Of a stretch of 64,000 bases of DNA, positions 42,301 through 53,820 are shown in pieces. Origin of the DNA: a virus; IMG/VR virus record IMGVR_UViG_3300043418_000120, positions 109,881 to 173,880 of that record; one strand, written 5' to 3'. How positions within the stretch are numbered: position 1 is the first letter of the stretch; each line of letters begins with the position of its first letter. The notes under the pieces were generated by a model. That model was not told the DNA's origin. It searched no databases and worked only from the letters and a program-made list of their open reading frames with translations. The position numbers were made by a program, and so were the translations under genes.

Positions 42301-45213
42301 ATGAACGGAATTTTCTATACGGGTGTAGTTGAGAACCGTGGCGACCCAATGCGCTTGGGTCGTTGTCAAGTACGTATCGTTGGCCTGCACTCAGAAAACA
42401 AAACAGAACTACCAACGGATATGCTACCATGGGCATATCCAATGCAGCCAGTCACATCTGCTGCTATGAACGGTATCGGCTACAGCCCTGTTGGTCCAGT
42501 TGAAGGGACATGGGTTGTAATCTTCTTCCGCGATGAAGAATGCCAACAACCAATTATGATTGGTACGTTCGGTGGTATCCCACAAGCTAAAGGTATTGAC
42601 TCAAACTACGTCAATGATGGCAGTGATTATCTGATTAAGACCGACGGTGGTCTTACTGAAGCTGCTCAAGCAACACCAACAGACAAGTCAGGAACAAACA
42701 CAACAGCTCCTGTTCAAGAAGACGCAGCAACTGCCACTGAGCAGCATCTTGGCCCACTATCCGAAGAAGAATTCGAGAAGTACAAGATTAACATGGCTAG
42801 ACTTGAGACTACATCGGAGCCAGGAGGCGTCTTAGAATTTAGTATTAAGGGTGTCGTTGGTGGCCAGAACTATGGTGTTGTGAACGCTGAAGGTAACGTT
42901 GGTAAGTATCAACTAAATGGTATCGCGCTAAACAGCACTGGTTATGTGTCGAACGTTCTTAACGCTAATGGCGAATCAACAGCGCCATCAAACTACAAAC
43001 TAGCTGACGATGCCGTATGGCTAGGAAAGAACGGAGTTAACTCTGTTACCTTGTTCTTGACAACAGCTGAATCGCAAGAACAAGCAATGTACGATTACAC
43101 ATTGTTCAACTACATGGCGCTGATGCGTCTTGGTGTAATTGATAGTGGCACTGATCACAAAACAATCCTTGGCTATCTTGCTGCTTCGCATCCTGATGGT
43201 CCAAACCGTGCGTTGGCTCTGAAACAAGGTCGCGATATTCAAGACGGTTACGGCAATACAACAACTGACTTGTACAAAGTAGGTTACTCTGCGATTGACG
43301 GCGATCAACCTAAGACACTACCACAAAACGTTCCACCTGGAGTTGATAACTCAACAGTTCCTCTTGGTGAGAAACGCCCAGATGGTTCGATTAGCGATGG
43401 CACAAAACAAGATGGTGGTATCGTGTTTGGTTTCTCAGATCCAAACAAGAAATATCCACTGGCTCAGTTTATGAATGAACCAGACACCAACCGTCTTGCT
43501 CGCAACGAACAGATCGAGAAGACATCGGTTGGTTTGAAAGACGCGACTCGTGCTCAGAAGATTCCAGTTGCTGTAACAGGCGCTACTTGGAACCAGCCAG
43601 AATCTCCATACAACACACAGTATCCATTCAACCACGTTTACCAATCAGAGTCTGGTCACTTACAAGAATTTGACGACACGCCAGAGAATGAGCGTGTGCA
43701 CTTGTATCACACCAAAGGCACGTTCATTGAGATGGACGCCAACGGCACACAGGTTAACAAGATCGTTGGCGATGGGTATCAGATTATCGACAGAAACGGT
43801 TACGTCTATGTCAAAGGCGCTCTAAGCCTGACGGTTGATGGTGAGACGAATGTCTTGATGCGCTCTAACGCGAACATCGAAGTTATCGGCGATGCAAAGG
43901 TTTACGTTCGAAACAATGTAGATATGCGCGTATCTGGTAAGATGGATCTATCTGTTCTTGAGGATTTGAATATTGAGTGTAAGAATCTACACATCAATAC
44001 CCGCGAGAATGGTTACATCAACTCCAATCAAAACTTGTATGTTACAACAATTGCAGATATGCACCACTACTCGAAAGCGAGTATGTTCCATACTGCTGAT
44101 GGCAACATCGCAACATATGCGAAGGCTAACTTGTTCTTACGCAGCGACTTCTCTACCAACGTATTGTCGAAGTCTAACCTAAACTTGACATCCGATGGTG
44201 GTGTTATGAGTTTGTTCGGTAATGGTAACATCAACGTTCAAACAACTGCGACCTTAAACATGCGTGGGTCACAAGTCGCTCAACGTTCTAGTGGTCGTTT
44301 TGATGTAATTAGTACTGGTGGTACACTAACGCTGACTGGTGGACCATCGCTTGCTATGCAAGGCGCAGGTGGCACACCACCACCAAGTAACGTTGTTAAT
44401 GCTGAAGCTGCCGAGGCTGCGACACCGCAAGATGCGGTCGATCTTGAGGATCCACCAGAACGTCTAACACCCATCAACTCGTTCTTCCCACACTTGACAA
44501 CACCACCTCGCCTAATCTCTGGTGGCTCTCAGTTTGAATCACCAGACGAAGGCGATCCTTCGAAGTTCAACCAAGCACGTGCGGAGCAAGGCGTGGAAAC
44601 AAGTAAACAATCACAACCAGTGGACGTTGCTCTACCAGCAATCAAACCACCACCAGCTGGAACAGCTATCTCTTGTGAAGCATTCAAGAGCATGACCGAG
44701 TTCCCACTGTCGACTAAATTATCAGCGAACTTCTATCTTGGCGACTTTATCCCAGGTGGTGGTTCAGGTTATATTTGCGTTGCGTCTTCGCCACACAAGT
44801 TGATGGATCAAGCTGGCTTGACAAAGGCTCAGATTGTATGTAACTTGAAGAACTTGGCAGAGAACGTTCTAGAGAAATTGATTACGATTGTACCAAAATC
44901 AGAAATCATTATCACTTCTGGCTATCGTCAGAAGGGTTTGGTTGGTGTAGAAAGCCCAACGTCTCAACATCCTTTGGGTATGGCATGTGACGTTGTGTTG
45001 AAGAAAACGCCACGCGATCGTAAGAAACACTTCGACTTGATCCAACAGATTGCTTCTGCAGTTCCACATGATCAATTGATTCTGGAATACGAAGGCGCAG
45101 CTACAGTATGGATCCACATGTCGTTCAATGCTTCAGCAAGTAAGCAACGCAACATGAACTTTACAATGAACAACCACAGAAAGGTCGCCGACGGTTATCA
45201 ATTGTTGGTGTAA
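42301..45213 (+). CDS. baseplate hub / central spike (gp5) with lysozyme-like insert and C-terminal M15 peptidase
   Basis: GVVE.R.DP..LGR.QVR (OB fold); YPFNHV..SESGH..EFDDTP; SGYR..SQH..G.A.D..WIH. Confidence 0.88.
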   Translation: MNGIFYTGVVENRGDPMRLGRCQVRIVGLHSENKTELPTDMLPWAYPMQPVTSAAMNGIGYSPVGPVEGTWVVIFFRDEECQQPIMIGTFGGIPQAKGIDSNYVNDGSDYLIKTDGGLTEAAQATPTDKSGTNTTAPVQEDAATATEQHLGPLSEEEFEKYKINMARLETTSEPGGVLEFSIKGVVGGQNYGVVNAEGNVGKYQLNGIALNSTGYVSNVLNANGESTAPSNYKLADDAVWLGKNGVNSVTLFLTTAESQEQAMYDYTLFNYMALMRLGVIDSGTDHKTILGYLAASHPDGPNRALALKQGRDIQDGYGNTTTDLYKVGYSAIDGDQPKTLPQNVPPGVDNSTVPLGEKRPDGSISDGTKQDGGIVFGFSDPNKKYPLAQFMNEPDTNRLARNEQIEKTSVGLKDATRAQKIPVAVTGATWNQPESPYNTQYPFNHVYQSESGHLQEFDDTPENERVHLYHTKGTFIEMDANGTQVNKIVGDGYQIIDRNGYVYVKGALSLTVDGETNVLMRSNANIEVIGDAKVYVRNNVDMRVSGKMDLSVLEDLNIECKNLHINTRENGYINSNQNLYVTTIADMHHYSKASMFHTADGNIATYAKANLFLRSDFSTNVLSKSNLNLTSDGGVMSLFGNGNINVQTTATLNMRGSQVAQRSSGRFDVISTGGTLTLTGGPSLAMQGAGGTPPPSNVVNAEAAEAATPQDAVDLEDPPERLTPINSFFPHLTTPPRLISGGSQFESPDEGDPSKFNQARAEQGVETSKQSQPVDVALPAIKPPPAGTAISCEAFKSMTEFPLSTKLSANFYLGDFIPGGGSGYICVASSPHKLMDQAGLTKAQIVCNLKNLAENVLEKLITIVPKSEIIITSGYRQKGLVGVESPTSQHPLGMACDVVLKKTPRDRKKHFDLIQQIASAVPHDQLILEYEGAATVWIHMSFNASASKQRNMNFTMNNHRKVADGYQLLV

Positions 45214-45216
45214 AAT

Positions 45217-45489
45217 ATGGCAGCAATCGCATTAACAGCAGGCATTAGTACAGCGGGTGGCGGTGCGTTATTCGCATCACCAAATACTGACGTCACCATC
45301 GGTGGGTATCCGATCGCAGTTGTTGGGACAAAGGTCGCCAGTCATGGCACTGCGCCGCACACCACATCTACATGCACTCAAGGCAGTTCTACTGTAACAA
45401 TTGGCGGGCGTGGTATTGTTCGAGCGGGCGACCTAACAACATGTGGACATCCAGTTGTTGGTGGATCGTCAGATGTGTCAATTCCATAA
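45217..45489 (+). CDS. PAAR spike-tip protein
   Basis: V.IGG.PIA..G, H...H, R.GD...CGH...GS..V motifs. Confidence 0.82.
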   Translation: MAAIALTAGISTAGGGALFASPNTDVTIGGYPIAVVGTKVASHGTAPHTTSTCTQGSSTVTIGGRGIVRAGDLTTCGHPVVGGSSDVSIP

Positions 45490-45830
45490 TGCCAGTAGAG
45501 TCTCTAAGTAAACTAAAGCTAGAAAAGATCCAGCGTTACACCACACGTGATTTGTTCGACTTGGTCTTCACAGACTACAAGGACTATCCTAGCGAACTGG
45601 CAAAGATCCCCAACTTGGAAACATATGCCAAGCGACAGATTGCTCAGATTATCAATGCGATCGGTCTCCAACCAGTGTCGACTCTACAAGAATTCTTCTT
45701 GGTTGTGAACGAAGTAGCTCAGGAAATAACTACAACTGGTGGCGTCACAACAGAACAAATCAACACATTCATCGACTCGGCAGGTACAGCTGCGGCTGAT
45801 ACTGGTGTTAGTTTTGGTGGCGGTGGATAA
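45489..45830 (+). CDS. hypothetical protein
   Basis: TAATG coupling. Confidence 0.6.
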   Translation: MPVESLSKLKLEKIQRYTTRDLFDLVFTDYKDYPSELAKIPNLETYAKRQIAQIINAIGLQPVSTLQEFFLVVNEVAQEITTTGGVTTEQINTFIDSAGTAAADTGVSFGGGG

Positions 45831-45847
45831 ACCGAATAAATAAAGAT

Positions 45848-46249
45848 ATGGCTACAATTACAAGAACAACCCAAATTTTTAGAGACCTCGATCTCGCATT
45901 CGCAGCTCACCCAAACACTAAAGACGTGGTGAGAAAACGTGATGGCGACGCAATCAAACAGTCTGTCCGCAACCTAATCCTAACAAATTACTTTGAGCGT
46001 CCATTCCATAGCGAGATTGGCTCTCCAGTAAGATCGTTGCTATTTGAACTAGCAACCCCAATGACAATCCACAGCATGAAGCGTGGTATCATTGACGTTA
46101 TCGAAAACTTTGAGCCGAGAGTTAGACTAGATGATGTGATTATTATCATGAATGAGGATGACAATTCTTGTAATATCACAATTCAATACACAGTTATTGG
46201 CTTACAAACAACCCAACAACTAGACATCACTCTAGAGAGAACAAGATAA
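45848..46249 (+). CDS. baseplate wedge subunit (gp25)
   Basis: AIKQSVRNL.LT...ERPF...GS..LLFE, FEPRV motifs. Confidence 0.92.
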   Translation: MATITRTTQIFRDLDLAFAAHPNTKDVVRKRDGDAIKQSVRNLILTNYFERPFHSEIGSPVRSLLFELATPMTIHSMKRGIIDVIENFEPRVRLDDVIIIMNEDDNSCNITIQYTVIGLQTTQQLDITLERTR

Positions 46250-46250
46250 A

Positions 46251-48023
46251 ATGGCTGATTCAAGTAAACTACGCGTAACCGAACTAGACTTCGACCAGAT
46301 CAAAAGCAACCTGAAGACATACCTTCAGTCGCAAGCTGAATTCACTGACTACGACTTCGAAGGTTCAGCCCTTGCTGTTCTTCTAGATACACTGTCATAC
46401 AACACCCACTACAACGCTATCTACGCAAACCTAGTGGCGAACGAAATGTTCCTGGACAGCGCAAGCAAGCGCTCTTCAGTTGTGTCATTGGCTAAACACT
46501 TCGGCTATACTTCTCGCTCAACGATTTCTCCAAGAGCCAAAGTCAATCTGACAGTTACAACTACTGGCGCACCACAATCGTTGATGCTGCCAAAGTACAC
46601 TACATTCACAACATCAATCGATGGCGTTGACTACACATTCTATAACCTAGCCAACATCACAACAATTCCTTCCTCAACAAACGTATTCAACTTCACTGAT
46701 GTTGAGATTGTTGAGGGTACACCGCTGGTGTATTCTTACACAGTTCAGGCTGGGCAATCTAAGTTCATGATCCCTAACGCGAACGTGGATACTTCAACAC
46801 TGACAGTTGAAGTTCAGAACAGTGGTACTGATGCTACTCGTACGACATTCAAGTTGGCTGGCGCTGGCGACTTCACGACTGTATCTGGAACCGATCCAGT
46901 ATATTTCCTTGAAGAAACACGCGATGGTTTCTATCAGCTAGTCTTCGGCGATGGTAACATTGGTAAGAAGGTTATCGATGGTAACATCGTACAGATTACA
47001 TATCTGATGAGCCATGGTACTGCTGCTAACAATGCAACGACATTTACTCTTGGCGCTATCTCTACATTTACAGTAACGAACTTCTCTATGACATTGGCAG
47101 AGAAGGCGAACGGTGGACGTGATCAAGAATCGGTAGACTCAATTCGTTACAACGCTTCTAAGTTCTTTGTGACTCAGAACCGTGCCGTGACTGCTGAAGA
47201 CTACAAGAACATCATCGTTAAAGAGAACCCAGACATTGATGCGGTAAGTGCATGGGGTGGCGACACAGCTACACCACCAGTATATGGTAAGGTGTTTATC
47301 TGCGCGAAACCAAAGAACGGCGTCGTTCTAACTGATGATGCGAAGAATAAATTGACAACAATTCTTGGTCGCAAGAACGTTGTTGGTATCACACCAGAGT
47401 TTGTTGATCCTGAGTACCTGTACTTGATGATCGCAGCTAACTTCTATTTCGACCCATCGAAAACAAACACACAGAAGTCGACTCTTGAGGCAAACGTGCT
47501 GGCAACAATCCAGCAGTTCAAGGAGACTGAACTAAACAACTTCGATTCTATCTTCCGTAAGAGTCGCCTGTCCCGTCAGATTGATTATACAGACAAATCA
47601 ATCCTAAACAACAACTTGATTGTTTCGATGTACAAGTTTTTGAATGTTAACTCAGAATCTAATCTGAACTACACAATCAACTTCATGAACCCAATCGAGC
47701 GCATTCGAAGCACAGAGTTCCGTCTATCAAACGACTCAACTGTGTACTATCTTGATGATGATGGTGATGGTAATATCCGTCGCTTCCACATCAACCATAC
47801 ACAGAAGGTCATCGACTCACCAGCTTTTGGTGTTGTAGATTACTCGTCTGGTAGAATTCTGTTGCCATCAGTTGCCTTCTCTATGCTGACAAACAATTGT
47901 AAGATTATTGCTGACCCAGTAACACCTGACGTTATTGCGGTACAGAACCAAATTATCACGCTGGTCGATGCAGACACAAGCGTAACAGGAATTGTAGATA
48001 CAAGAAAACCATTGGTAAAATAA
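46251..48023 (+). CDS. baseplate wedge subunit (gp6)
   Basis: LDFD.IK, F.DYDFEGS, E.FLDSA, FGDG..GK, QNRAVT.EDY, WGG motifs. Confidence 0.93.
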   Translation: MADSSKLRVTELDFDQIKSNLKTYLQSQAEFTDYDFEGSALAVLLDTLSYNTHYNAIYANLVANEMFLDSASKRSSVVSLAKHFGYTSRSTISPRAKVNLTVTTTGAPQSLMLPKYTTFTTSIDGVDYTFYNLANITTIPSSTNVFNFTDVEIVEGTPLVYSYTVQAGQSKFMIPNANVDTSTLTVEVQNSGTDATRTTFKLAGAGDFTTVSGTDPVYFLEETRDGFYQLVFGDGNIGKKVIDGNIVQITYLMSHGTAANNATTFTLGAISTFTVTNFSMTLAEKANGGRDQESVDSIRYNASKFFVTQNRAVTAEDYKNIIVKENPDIDAVSAWGGDTATPPVYGKVFICAKPKNGVVLTDDAKNKLTTILGRKNVVGITPEFVDPEYLYLMIAANFYFDPSKTNTQKSTLEANVLATIQQFKETELNNFDSIFRKSRLSRQIDYTDKSILNNNLIVSMYKFLNVNSESNLNYTINFMNPIERIRSTEFRLSNDSTVYYLDDDGDGNIRRFHINHTQKVIDSPAFGVVDYSSGRILLPSVAFSMLTNNCKIIADPVTPDVIAVQNQIITLVDADTSVTGIVDTRKPLVK

Positions 48024-51000
48024 ATGAAAGCAAATCCATCAATTGTTGTCAATAGCCAAGTCCCAGAGTTTATTCGCTCGGACTATGCTAAGTTTATCAC
48101 ATTCCTACAGAAGTACTACCAATACTTGGAGTCTTCTGGTAATGCGCTAGACGTTATCCGCAATCTAGACACATTCAATGACATCGATGAACAGACTGAC
48201 CAAGAGATTCTAAGCGTATTCTACAGCTTGTTCTTGCCAGACTTCCCGCAAGTTGTATCTGTTGACAAACGATTCGTCCTTAAGAACATCGCTGAGTTCT
48301 ACAACTCAAAGGGTTCTATTGATTCTATCAAAGCGTTCTTCCGTATTATCTACGGCGAAGAAGTGCAGGTGTATCTACCAAAGGTGGACATCCTAAAGCT
48401 AGACGCTGGTGTTTGGAACAAGGTCTTCAAGATCAAAATCCACAACCTAAGTGCTGGCGAGATCAAACAACTCAACGGCTCAGAAGTATACCAAGTAGAC
48501 CCAATCAATGGTAACAAGACAGTCAAGGCGCGTGTCGTTGACTACACACCAGAGACTGGCACACTGTTCCTGTCGGCAGACAACGTTGTTCTGAACTTCA
48601 ACAACGCATATCCTGTTTACGCAACGAACAGCGAAGGTATTGCCGTTACGTTCTATCTTGAAACACAACTAGCATCAGCATCAGTTACCACTACTGGCCA
48701 AAACTATTCTGCTGGTGAAGCAGCAATTACTCTTGCTGCTGACACCAATGGTGAGAACATTGTTATTGATGGCATCAAGAATGGTGTCATCACTGAGATT
48801 AAAGTACTTGATGGTGGTAAAGACTATTCAATCTACGACACAATCAGCTTCGGTGTAGGACGCGAAGGTGAGATCCCAGCTACAGCTAGAATTGCTATCA
48901 CAGACAACGATGAACTTACATCAGAGACTGACGCTTTCCAGTGGCTAGAACCAGAAGACCGTCTGACATATGATGATGGCTTTGACATCCGTCAAGAGAT
49001 GGGTGTGTTTGGTAACGAAATCTCTTCACCAAACATCAAGTTGAGCGACGAGTCTACAACAAATATGAACTCAGGTTCTATTTCTTCTGGCGAGTTTGGT
49101 ATCGCAAGTGAGAACCAAACTAACGACACAATCACATACTCTCGCGCCAGCTATACATACAACCAAGGCTTGTTCCGTCCAATCGTTCCACGTGTTGGCG
49201 CAGTATCAAACTACTCGATCAACTATGCTCGTGGCGAAAACGTATCGGTTCTTTTGAACGACGAAGAACTATGGATCGGCTCTATCGCCTGCGAAGAAGG
49301 CACACCAGCAAATCCTGGCACTGTGATCATTCAGTTCGACACTGACGAAGATTACAACAACATGACTGGCTACGAGTTAACCGACCGAACAAGCAACAAG
49401 GCAACAGCTCCAACTGTTGGTGTTGTTAACACCAAGTCAAGCGACGAACGTGTTCTAGATTCCAAGATTGGTGGTCTATCTCTACAACAACAGATTGGTA
49501 TGTATGACTATGGTCAACAAACCCTTTCTCCTCTGTACCCATTCTGCGAGAACAACGCATCAACAAGCACAACTGGTCCAGCAATCTACATCCGCGAATC
49601 AAGTCAGCTATGTGGCCACGACTTGAACTCTTCACGACCATGGGAATATCGTTTCAAGTTCAAGAAGAACAGCACAGTCAAGGCCAAGATCTATATCATG
49701 CCAGTGCAGTATGACCTACGAAGCACTAAGATCCTTGGCGAAGACGGTGTTGATATCATCGCCGAGTCTGATGACACTAACCTGTTGATTCAAGAAGTGT
49801 ACGATGGCACAATCAACCGTGTTGAGTTTGACCCAACAACTGTATTTGCCAATACAATCACATCTCCAGCACATGGCTTCTCAGAAGGCGAAATCATTCG
49901 CTTCGAAGAACCTACATACTCACCAGACTTGACACCATTCCAACTACCACAATACAAAGTTGGTGGTTTGTCTGATCAGAAACTGTATTTCTGTCACGTT
50001 GTTAATGATGATCAATTCAAACTAATGCCCTACGGCAGCAACAGCGAAGCGTTGAACTATGGTTTGTTTGAGTCGCTAACACCAGCTGCATACCCAGACT
50101 ATCCTGGTCATTTCCACTCATTCGTTGGTGCTCACGTAACTAACGGCGCTGACTACACATCATCTGATGTTCAACAATCAGCAATCTCGATTAATGCTAA
50201 GAAGATTACCATCGGCGCTCGCGACCCATCGTTGAACTACAACGTCGACCCGTTGATTCCAGTTGATGCTGACACGGGTCTTAAGACTTCTTACCCATAC
50301 ACAGTTGACAACAAGATCTATCTGTTCCAGTCTATTTTGGAAGAGACCGATTACATCAAGATGGAGCGTGACGTTTACGCAGCCAGCGAAGAAGTTACCT
50401 TGGCTCTTGAGACAGACACATCAAGCGCGAATGAACAAGAAGAGTATATCACTCATCCATTCCTTGCTCTTGAGAACTCATCAGTAACAACAATCCAAAA
50501 CAACAACGACATCGAGATCCCTGACTTCGCAAGCGTTCGTGTTATGGTTGAACGTAAGTCTCTACAATCAGTAGATGATATCAACCGTGGTTCACAACGT
50601 CTGATTAAAGCATGGAACGACTACGCTGATATCAGCACTGCCCAAGAACTATTCAACATCGCTGAACCAAAGTACTACGACGAATACGATGGTGTTCCAT
50701 ATGTGAACGGCGTATTCCCAGAAGGAACATCTGACTTCGTATCAGGACCAGCTGAGTTTGCCAACATGGGTTCTACCATGTTCGTTGCTTCTTCAAAGAA
50801 CAATTCAGTCTACTATACTGATGGCTCTGGTCTTGGTAACTACATTTATGCTGCTGAGTTCAGCGACCAACGTCGCGTGAGCTTTGTTGAAACGAATTAC
50901 TACGATGGCGTTTCGTCATATAAAACAGCGCAGAATGGACCACTCGGTGTAACATTCGCAAGCTCTGGCGCATATAACACAAACTCGAAGCGTTACTTCA

Positions 51001-53819
51001 CGATCAACTTCTCATTGCCTCAGGAAATGAACAATGGTCTTGACATGCCGTTCGAAGTAAACTTGACGAATATTATCAAGTCTTCTAACATCGGTTCGTC
51101 ATACTATGAAACAGAACTGAACGAAGTTATCACAATGGAGGGTGCTCCATTCCCTGGATCTGACGTGTTCATGTTTGAAGATGGCGCAACATCAGTTGGC
51201 GCTGAGGTGAACAAGTACGGTTACAACTCATTCGCTCGCGGTAAGCTATCAACAATGACACCAACGATTGTCATTGACTTCTTCTCACCATCATTGCCAG
51301 AGTCTAATCCAAAGAAACATATGGTGTTCTACTGTAACAAAGCTGAGTACACTGATGTGTCAAGCGATGTGACTAAGACTATCTACTCGTTCTTCAACTG
51401 CTGGTCTCCAGCGTTTGGTCTAGTGCCAGATACTACTGTGCGCGATTACACAATTTCAATCCGCTCAGTTCAGAAGTCCGATTACATCATCGAGAAGTTA
51501 TCGGACACTCAACTGTTGGCATCCGATCCAGCAACGTCATCAGTTAACAACATCTACACATCCCCATTCGTGAAAGAAGCGTTTGTTAGAACATACCAAA
51601 ACGAATACGGTAAATACATCAAGCTATACCCAACGTATGCTGACGCAGTTGCACAGACAAATTCATTGGTCCCATTCTCATTAGGTTCTGACTTTGGATC
51701 TAATTTGCCAGGCAATGAAATGTTCTATAATCCGATCACCAGCGGAACAACAGTTACCTCTGCTTACTCTAACCCACTGTCTTCTGCTAACAACAAGATG
51801 CCATTCTTGGGTGCTGTGAAAGACACAAACTTATCACTGGCTCGTTACTTCGACCCACAGACTGACGTTGGTGTAGAAGCAATCACAATCAACAACCATG
51901 GATTCGTTAGTGGATCGTGGGTACGATATCGCGCTGACTTTAATGGTATGGGTCCAGACGGACTAGTAGATAACACATCTTACTACATCAAAGTTGTCGA
52001 CGAGAACGTGATTATGCTGGCAGCTTCTAAGCCTGACTACGATAACAACATTTTCGTACAACTCACACCACACACTATGCCAGAAATGACATGTGCACTA
52101 CAGACAATTCCTCAGTCTTTGTCATACAGTTCTGTGAAAGAGTTGTCATTCGACATCAAGAAGTATATCGACAAGCTGGACATCATTAATGTCGACCTAC
52201 CAAACTCGGTCATCACAACTGATGGTGCGCATACATTGTCTTCCTTTAACACCTTTGTGTACATTAACGATGACCAACCTATCGGTGGTCTAATCTCTAA
52301 CAAGACTTACTATGCTCTATACGTAAGCAATGATCAACTGCGTGTATGTAATACAAAAGAAGATGCTGTGAATGGCAACTTTATTGTGTTCGACTCTGTT
52401 GGTTCTGGCGCAAGTGAGATTAGCGTTAAAGGTAACAACGGCAACATGTTACCACAGTTCGGTTCACATATGGAACAGGAGTTCTTTACTGCTGGACAAT
52501 ACTATAACATTCTACATAATGGCGACCAAGTTACTGTATACAACCAACGAAAGATTAGTCCAGACATCGACTCTGGTCAGCTAGTCTACGTTCGTTCTTC
52601 TGAAACTGATACATCAGAGTCGTTCAGTTTGACAATCAACTCTGACTTGACAACAAGCAACTTCGGTTTCGCCGATGTTCTTTCTTCTAACGTCAACCTA
52701 ACATCTAACTCGGTTTACCACGCTGACCAATTCTTCTACACAGGAGAACAGCTAAACTACACAGCAGTTGACCCAATCACTACTGCTGGCGCAACACCAC
52801 TACCTACAGTTGTGTACGCTATCCGCGTTGATGGTGACAACTTCAAGCTGGCATCGACATTCGAAGACGCTATTGCTGGTGTTGCTCTAGATCTTGTAAC
52901 ACAAGGAACAGGCGTTCATTACTTCAACCGAACAAACCTTGACACAGCTTCTGAGATTGCTGAAGTAATTCCTTACTCATCTCAACCAAACTACGCTGCA
53001 GTGTTTAACCCAAGCGTAACTGGTACTGGTTATGAAGAGTTCACTATCTCTTATGGATTGACTCTAGAGACTGAGACTGGTGCTATCGACACTATCCAAG
53101 TTACTTCGCAAGGTTCTTACAAGCATATCCCAGAAACAATGGTCATCACAACTGACGGTCGTGCTGGTGCTGGCGCTGACATTTACCCAATCACACGCGA
53201 CATTGGTGCGCTTCGTAGTCTTGAAATTTTGGACGGTGGTATCCACCAGACATCGACTCAGCTATATCTACCATACTCATTCTTGTCGGAAACAATTGTT
53301 GGTGACTTCATTGACGGCGAAGATATGTTGGTCGGCTCAGTTGTTATCGGCTCATTGATCAGTAAGACTGGCCACTACTTCAAGGTGTCTAAGAATGCTA
53401 CCAACTCATACGCTCTGGTAACTAATGACGTTGTTACTGGCGCATCGTCAGGCGCTACTGCTACAGTAACTAAGAACCTAACTGCTTCTGCTGTTGCTGC
53501 TCCTGCCTCAATTACTACATCGACAGAGAGTGGTTCGACAAACAACTACAGTGGTGACAAGGGTCTATTGAACACTTCGTCTAAGCTACAAGACTCAAGC
53601 TACTACCAAGATTACTCATACGTAATCCGTGGCGCGAACTCTCATGATGACTGGAAACCTTACTTCAACAAGTTGGTTCACCCAGCTGGTATGGCTGTGT
53701 TCGGCGAGGTCGACTACTTCACCGAAAGCATTGCGAACCAGAAGTTGGGTAACACAACGGTTGTTGGAACGTCAATAAATAATACGAACACCGCAATTAC
53801 AACGGAAATGACTACCTGA
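48024..53819 (+). CDS. large baseplate wedge initiator (gp7-like)
   Basis: Q.PEF....Y..F..FL..YY, FY.SKGS..S...FFRI.YG, LQDS.YYQD.SYV, VHPAG..FG motifs. Confidence 0.8.
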   Translation: MKANPSIVVNSQVPEFIRSDYAKFITFLQKYYQYLESSGNALDVIRNLDTFNDIDEQTDQEILSVFYSLFLPDFPQVVSVDKRFVLKNIAEFYNSKGSIDSIKAFFRIIYGEEVQVYLPKVDILKLDAGVWNKVFKIKIHNLSAGEIKQLNGSEVYQVDPINGNKTVKARVVDYTPETGTLFLSADNVVLNFNNAYPVYATNSEGIAVTFYLETQLASASVTTTGQNYSAGEAAITLAADTNGENIVIDGIKNGVITEIKVLDGGKDYSIYDTISFGVGREGEIPATARIAITDNDELTSETDAFQWLEPEDRLTYDDGFDIRQEMGVFGNEISSPNIKLSDESTTNMNSGSISSGEFGIASENQTNDTITYSRASYTYNQGLFRPIVPRVGAVSNYSINYARGENVSVLLNDEELWIGSIACEEGTPANPGTVIIQFDTDEDYNNMTGYELTDRTSNKATAPTVGVVNTKSSDERVLDSKIGGLSLQQQIGMYDYGQQTLSPLYPFCENNASTSTTGPAIYIRESSQLCGHDLNSSRPWEYRFKFKKNSTVKAKIYIMPVQYDLRSTKILGEDGVDIIAESDDTNLLIQEVYDGTINRVEFDPTTVFANTITSPAHGFSEGEIIRFEEPTYSPDLTPFQLPQYKVGGLSDQKLYFCHVVNDDQFKLMPYGSNSEALNYGLFESLTPAAYPDYPGHFHSFVGAHVTNGADYTSSDVQQSAISINAKKITIGARDPSLNYNVDPLIPVDADTGLKTSYPYTVDNKIYLFQSILEETDYIKMERDVYAASEEVTLALETDTSSANEQEEYITHPFLALENSSVTTIQNNNDIEIPDFASVRVMVERKSLQSVDDINRGSQRLIKAWNDYADISTAQELFNIAEPKYYDEYDGVPYVNGVFPEGTSDFVSGPAEFANMGSTMFVASSKNNSVYYTDGSGLGNYIYAAEFSDQRRVSFVETNYYDGVSSYKTAQNGPLGVTFASSGAYNTNSKRYFTINFSLPQEMNNGLDMPFEVNLTNIIKSSNIGSSYYETELNEVITMEGAPFPGSDVFMFEDGATSVGAEVNKYGYNSFARGKLSTMTPTIVIDFFSPSLPESNPKKHMVFYCNKAEYTDVSSDVTKTIYSFFNCWSPAFGLVPDTTVRDYTISIRSVQKSDYIIEKLSDTQLLASDPATSSVNNIYTSPFVKEAFVRTYQNEYGKYIKLYPTYADAVAQTNSLVPFSLGSDFGSNLPGNEMFYNPITSGTTVTSAYSNPLSSANNKMPFLGAVKDTNLSLARYFDPQTDVGVEAITINNHGFVSGSWVRYRADFNGMGPDGLVDNTSYYIKVVDENVIMLAASKPDYDNNIFVQLTPHTMPEMTCALQTIPQSLSYSSVKELSFDIKKYIDKLDIINVDLPNSVITTDGAHTLSSFNTFVYINDDQPIGGLISNKTYYALYVSNDQLRVCNTKEDAVNGNFIVFDSVGSGASEISVKGNNGNMLPQFGSHMEQEFFTAGQYYNILHNGDQVTVYNQRKISPDIDSGQLVYVRSSETDTSESFSLTINSDLTTSNFGFADVLSSNVNLTSNSVYHADQFFYTGEQLNYTAVDPITTAGATPLPTVVYAIRVDGDNFKLASTFEDAIAGVALDLVTQGTGVHYFNRTNLDTASEIAEVIPYSSQPNYAAVFNPSVTGTGYEEFTISYGLTLETETGAIDTIQVTSQGSYKHIPETMVITTDGRAGAGADIYPITRDIGALRSLEILDGGIHQTSTQLYLPYSFLSETIVGDFIDGEDMLVGSVVIGSLISKTGHYFKVSKNATNSYALVTNDVVTGASSGATATVTKNLTASAVAAPASITTSTESGSTNNYSGDKGLLNTSSKLQDSSYYQDYSYVIRGANSHDDWKPYFNKLVHPAGMAVFGEVDYFTESIANQKLGNTTVVGTSINNTNTAITTEMTT

Positions 53820-53820
53820 T

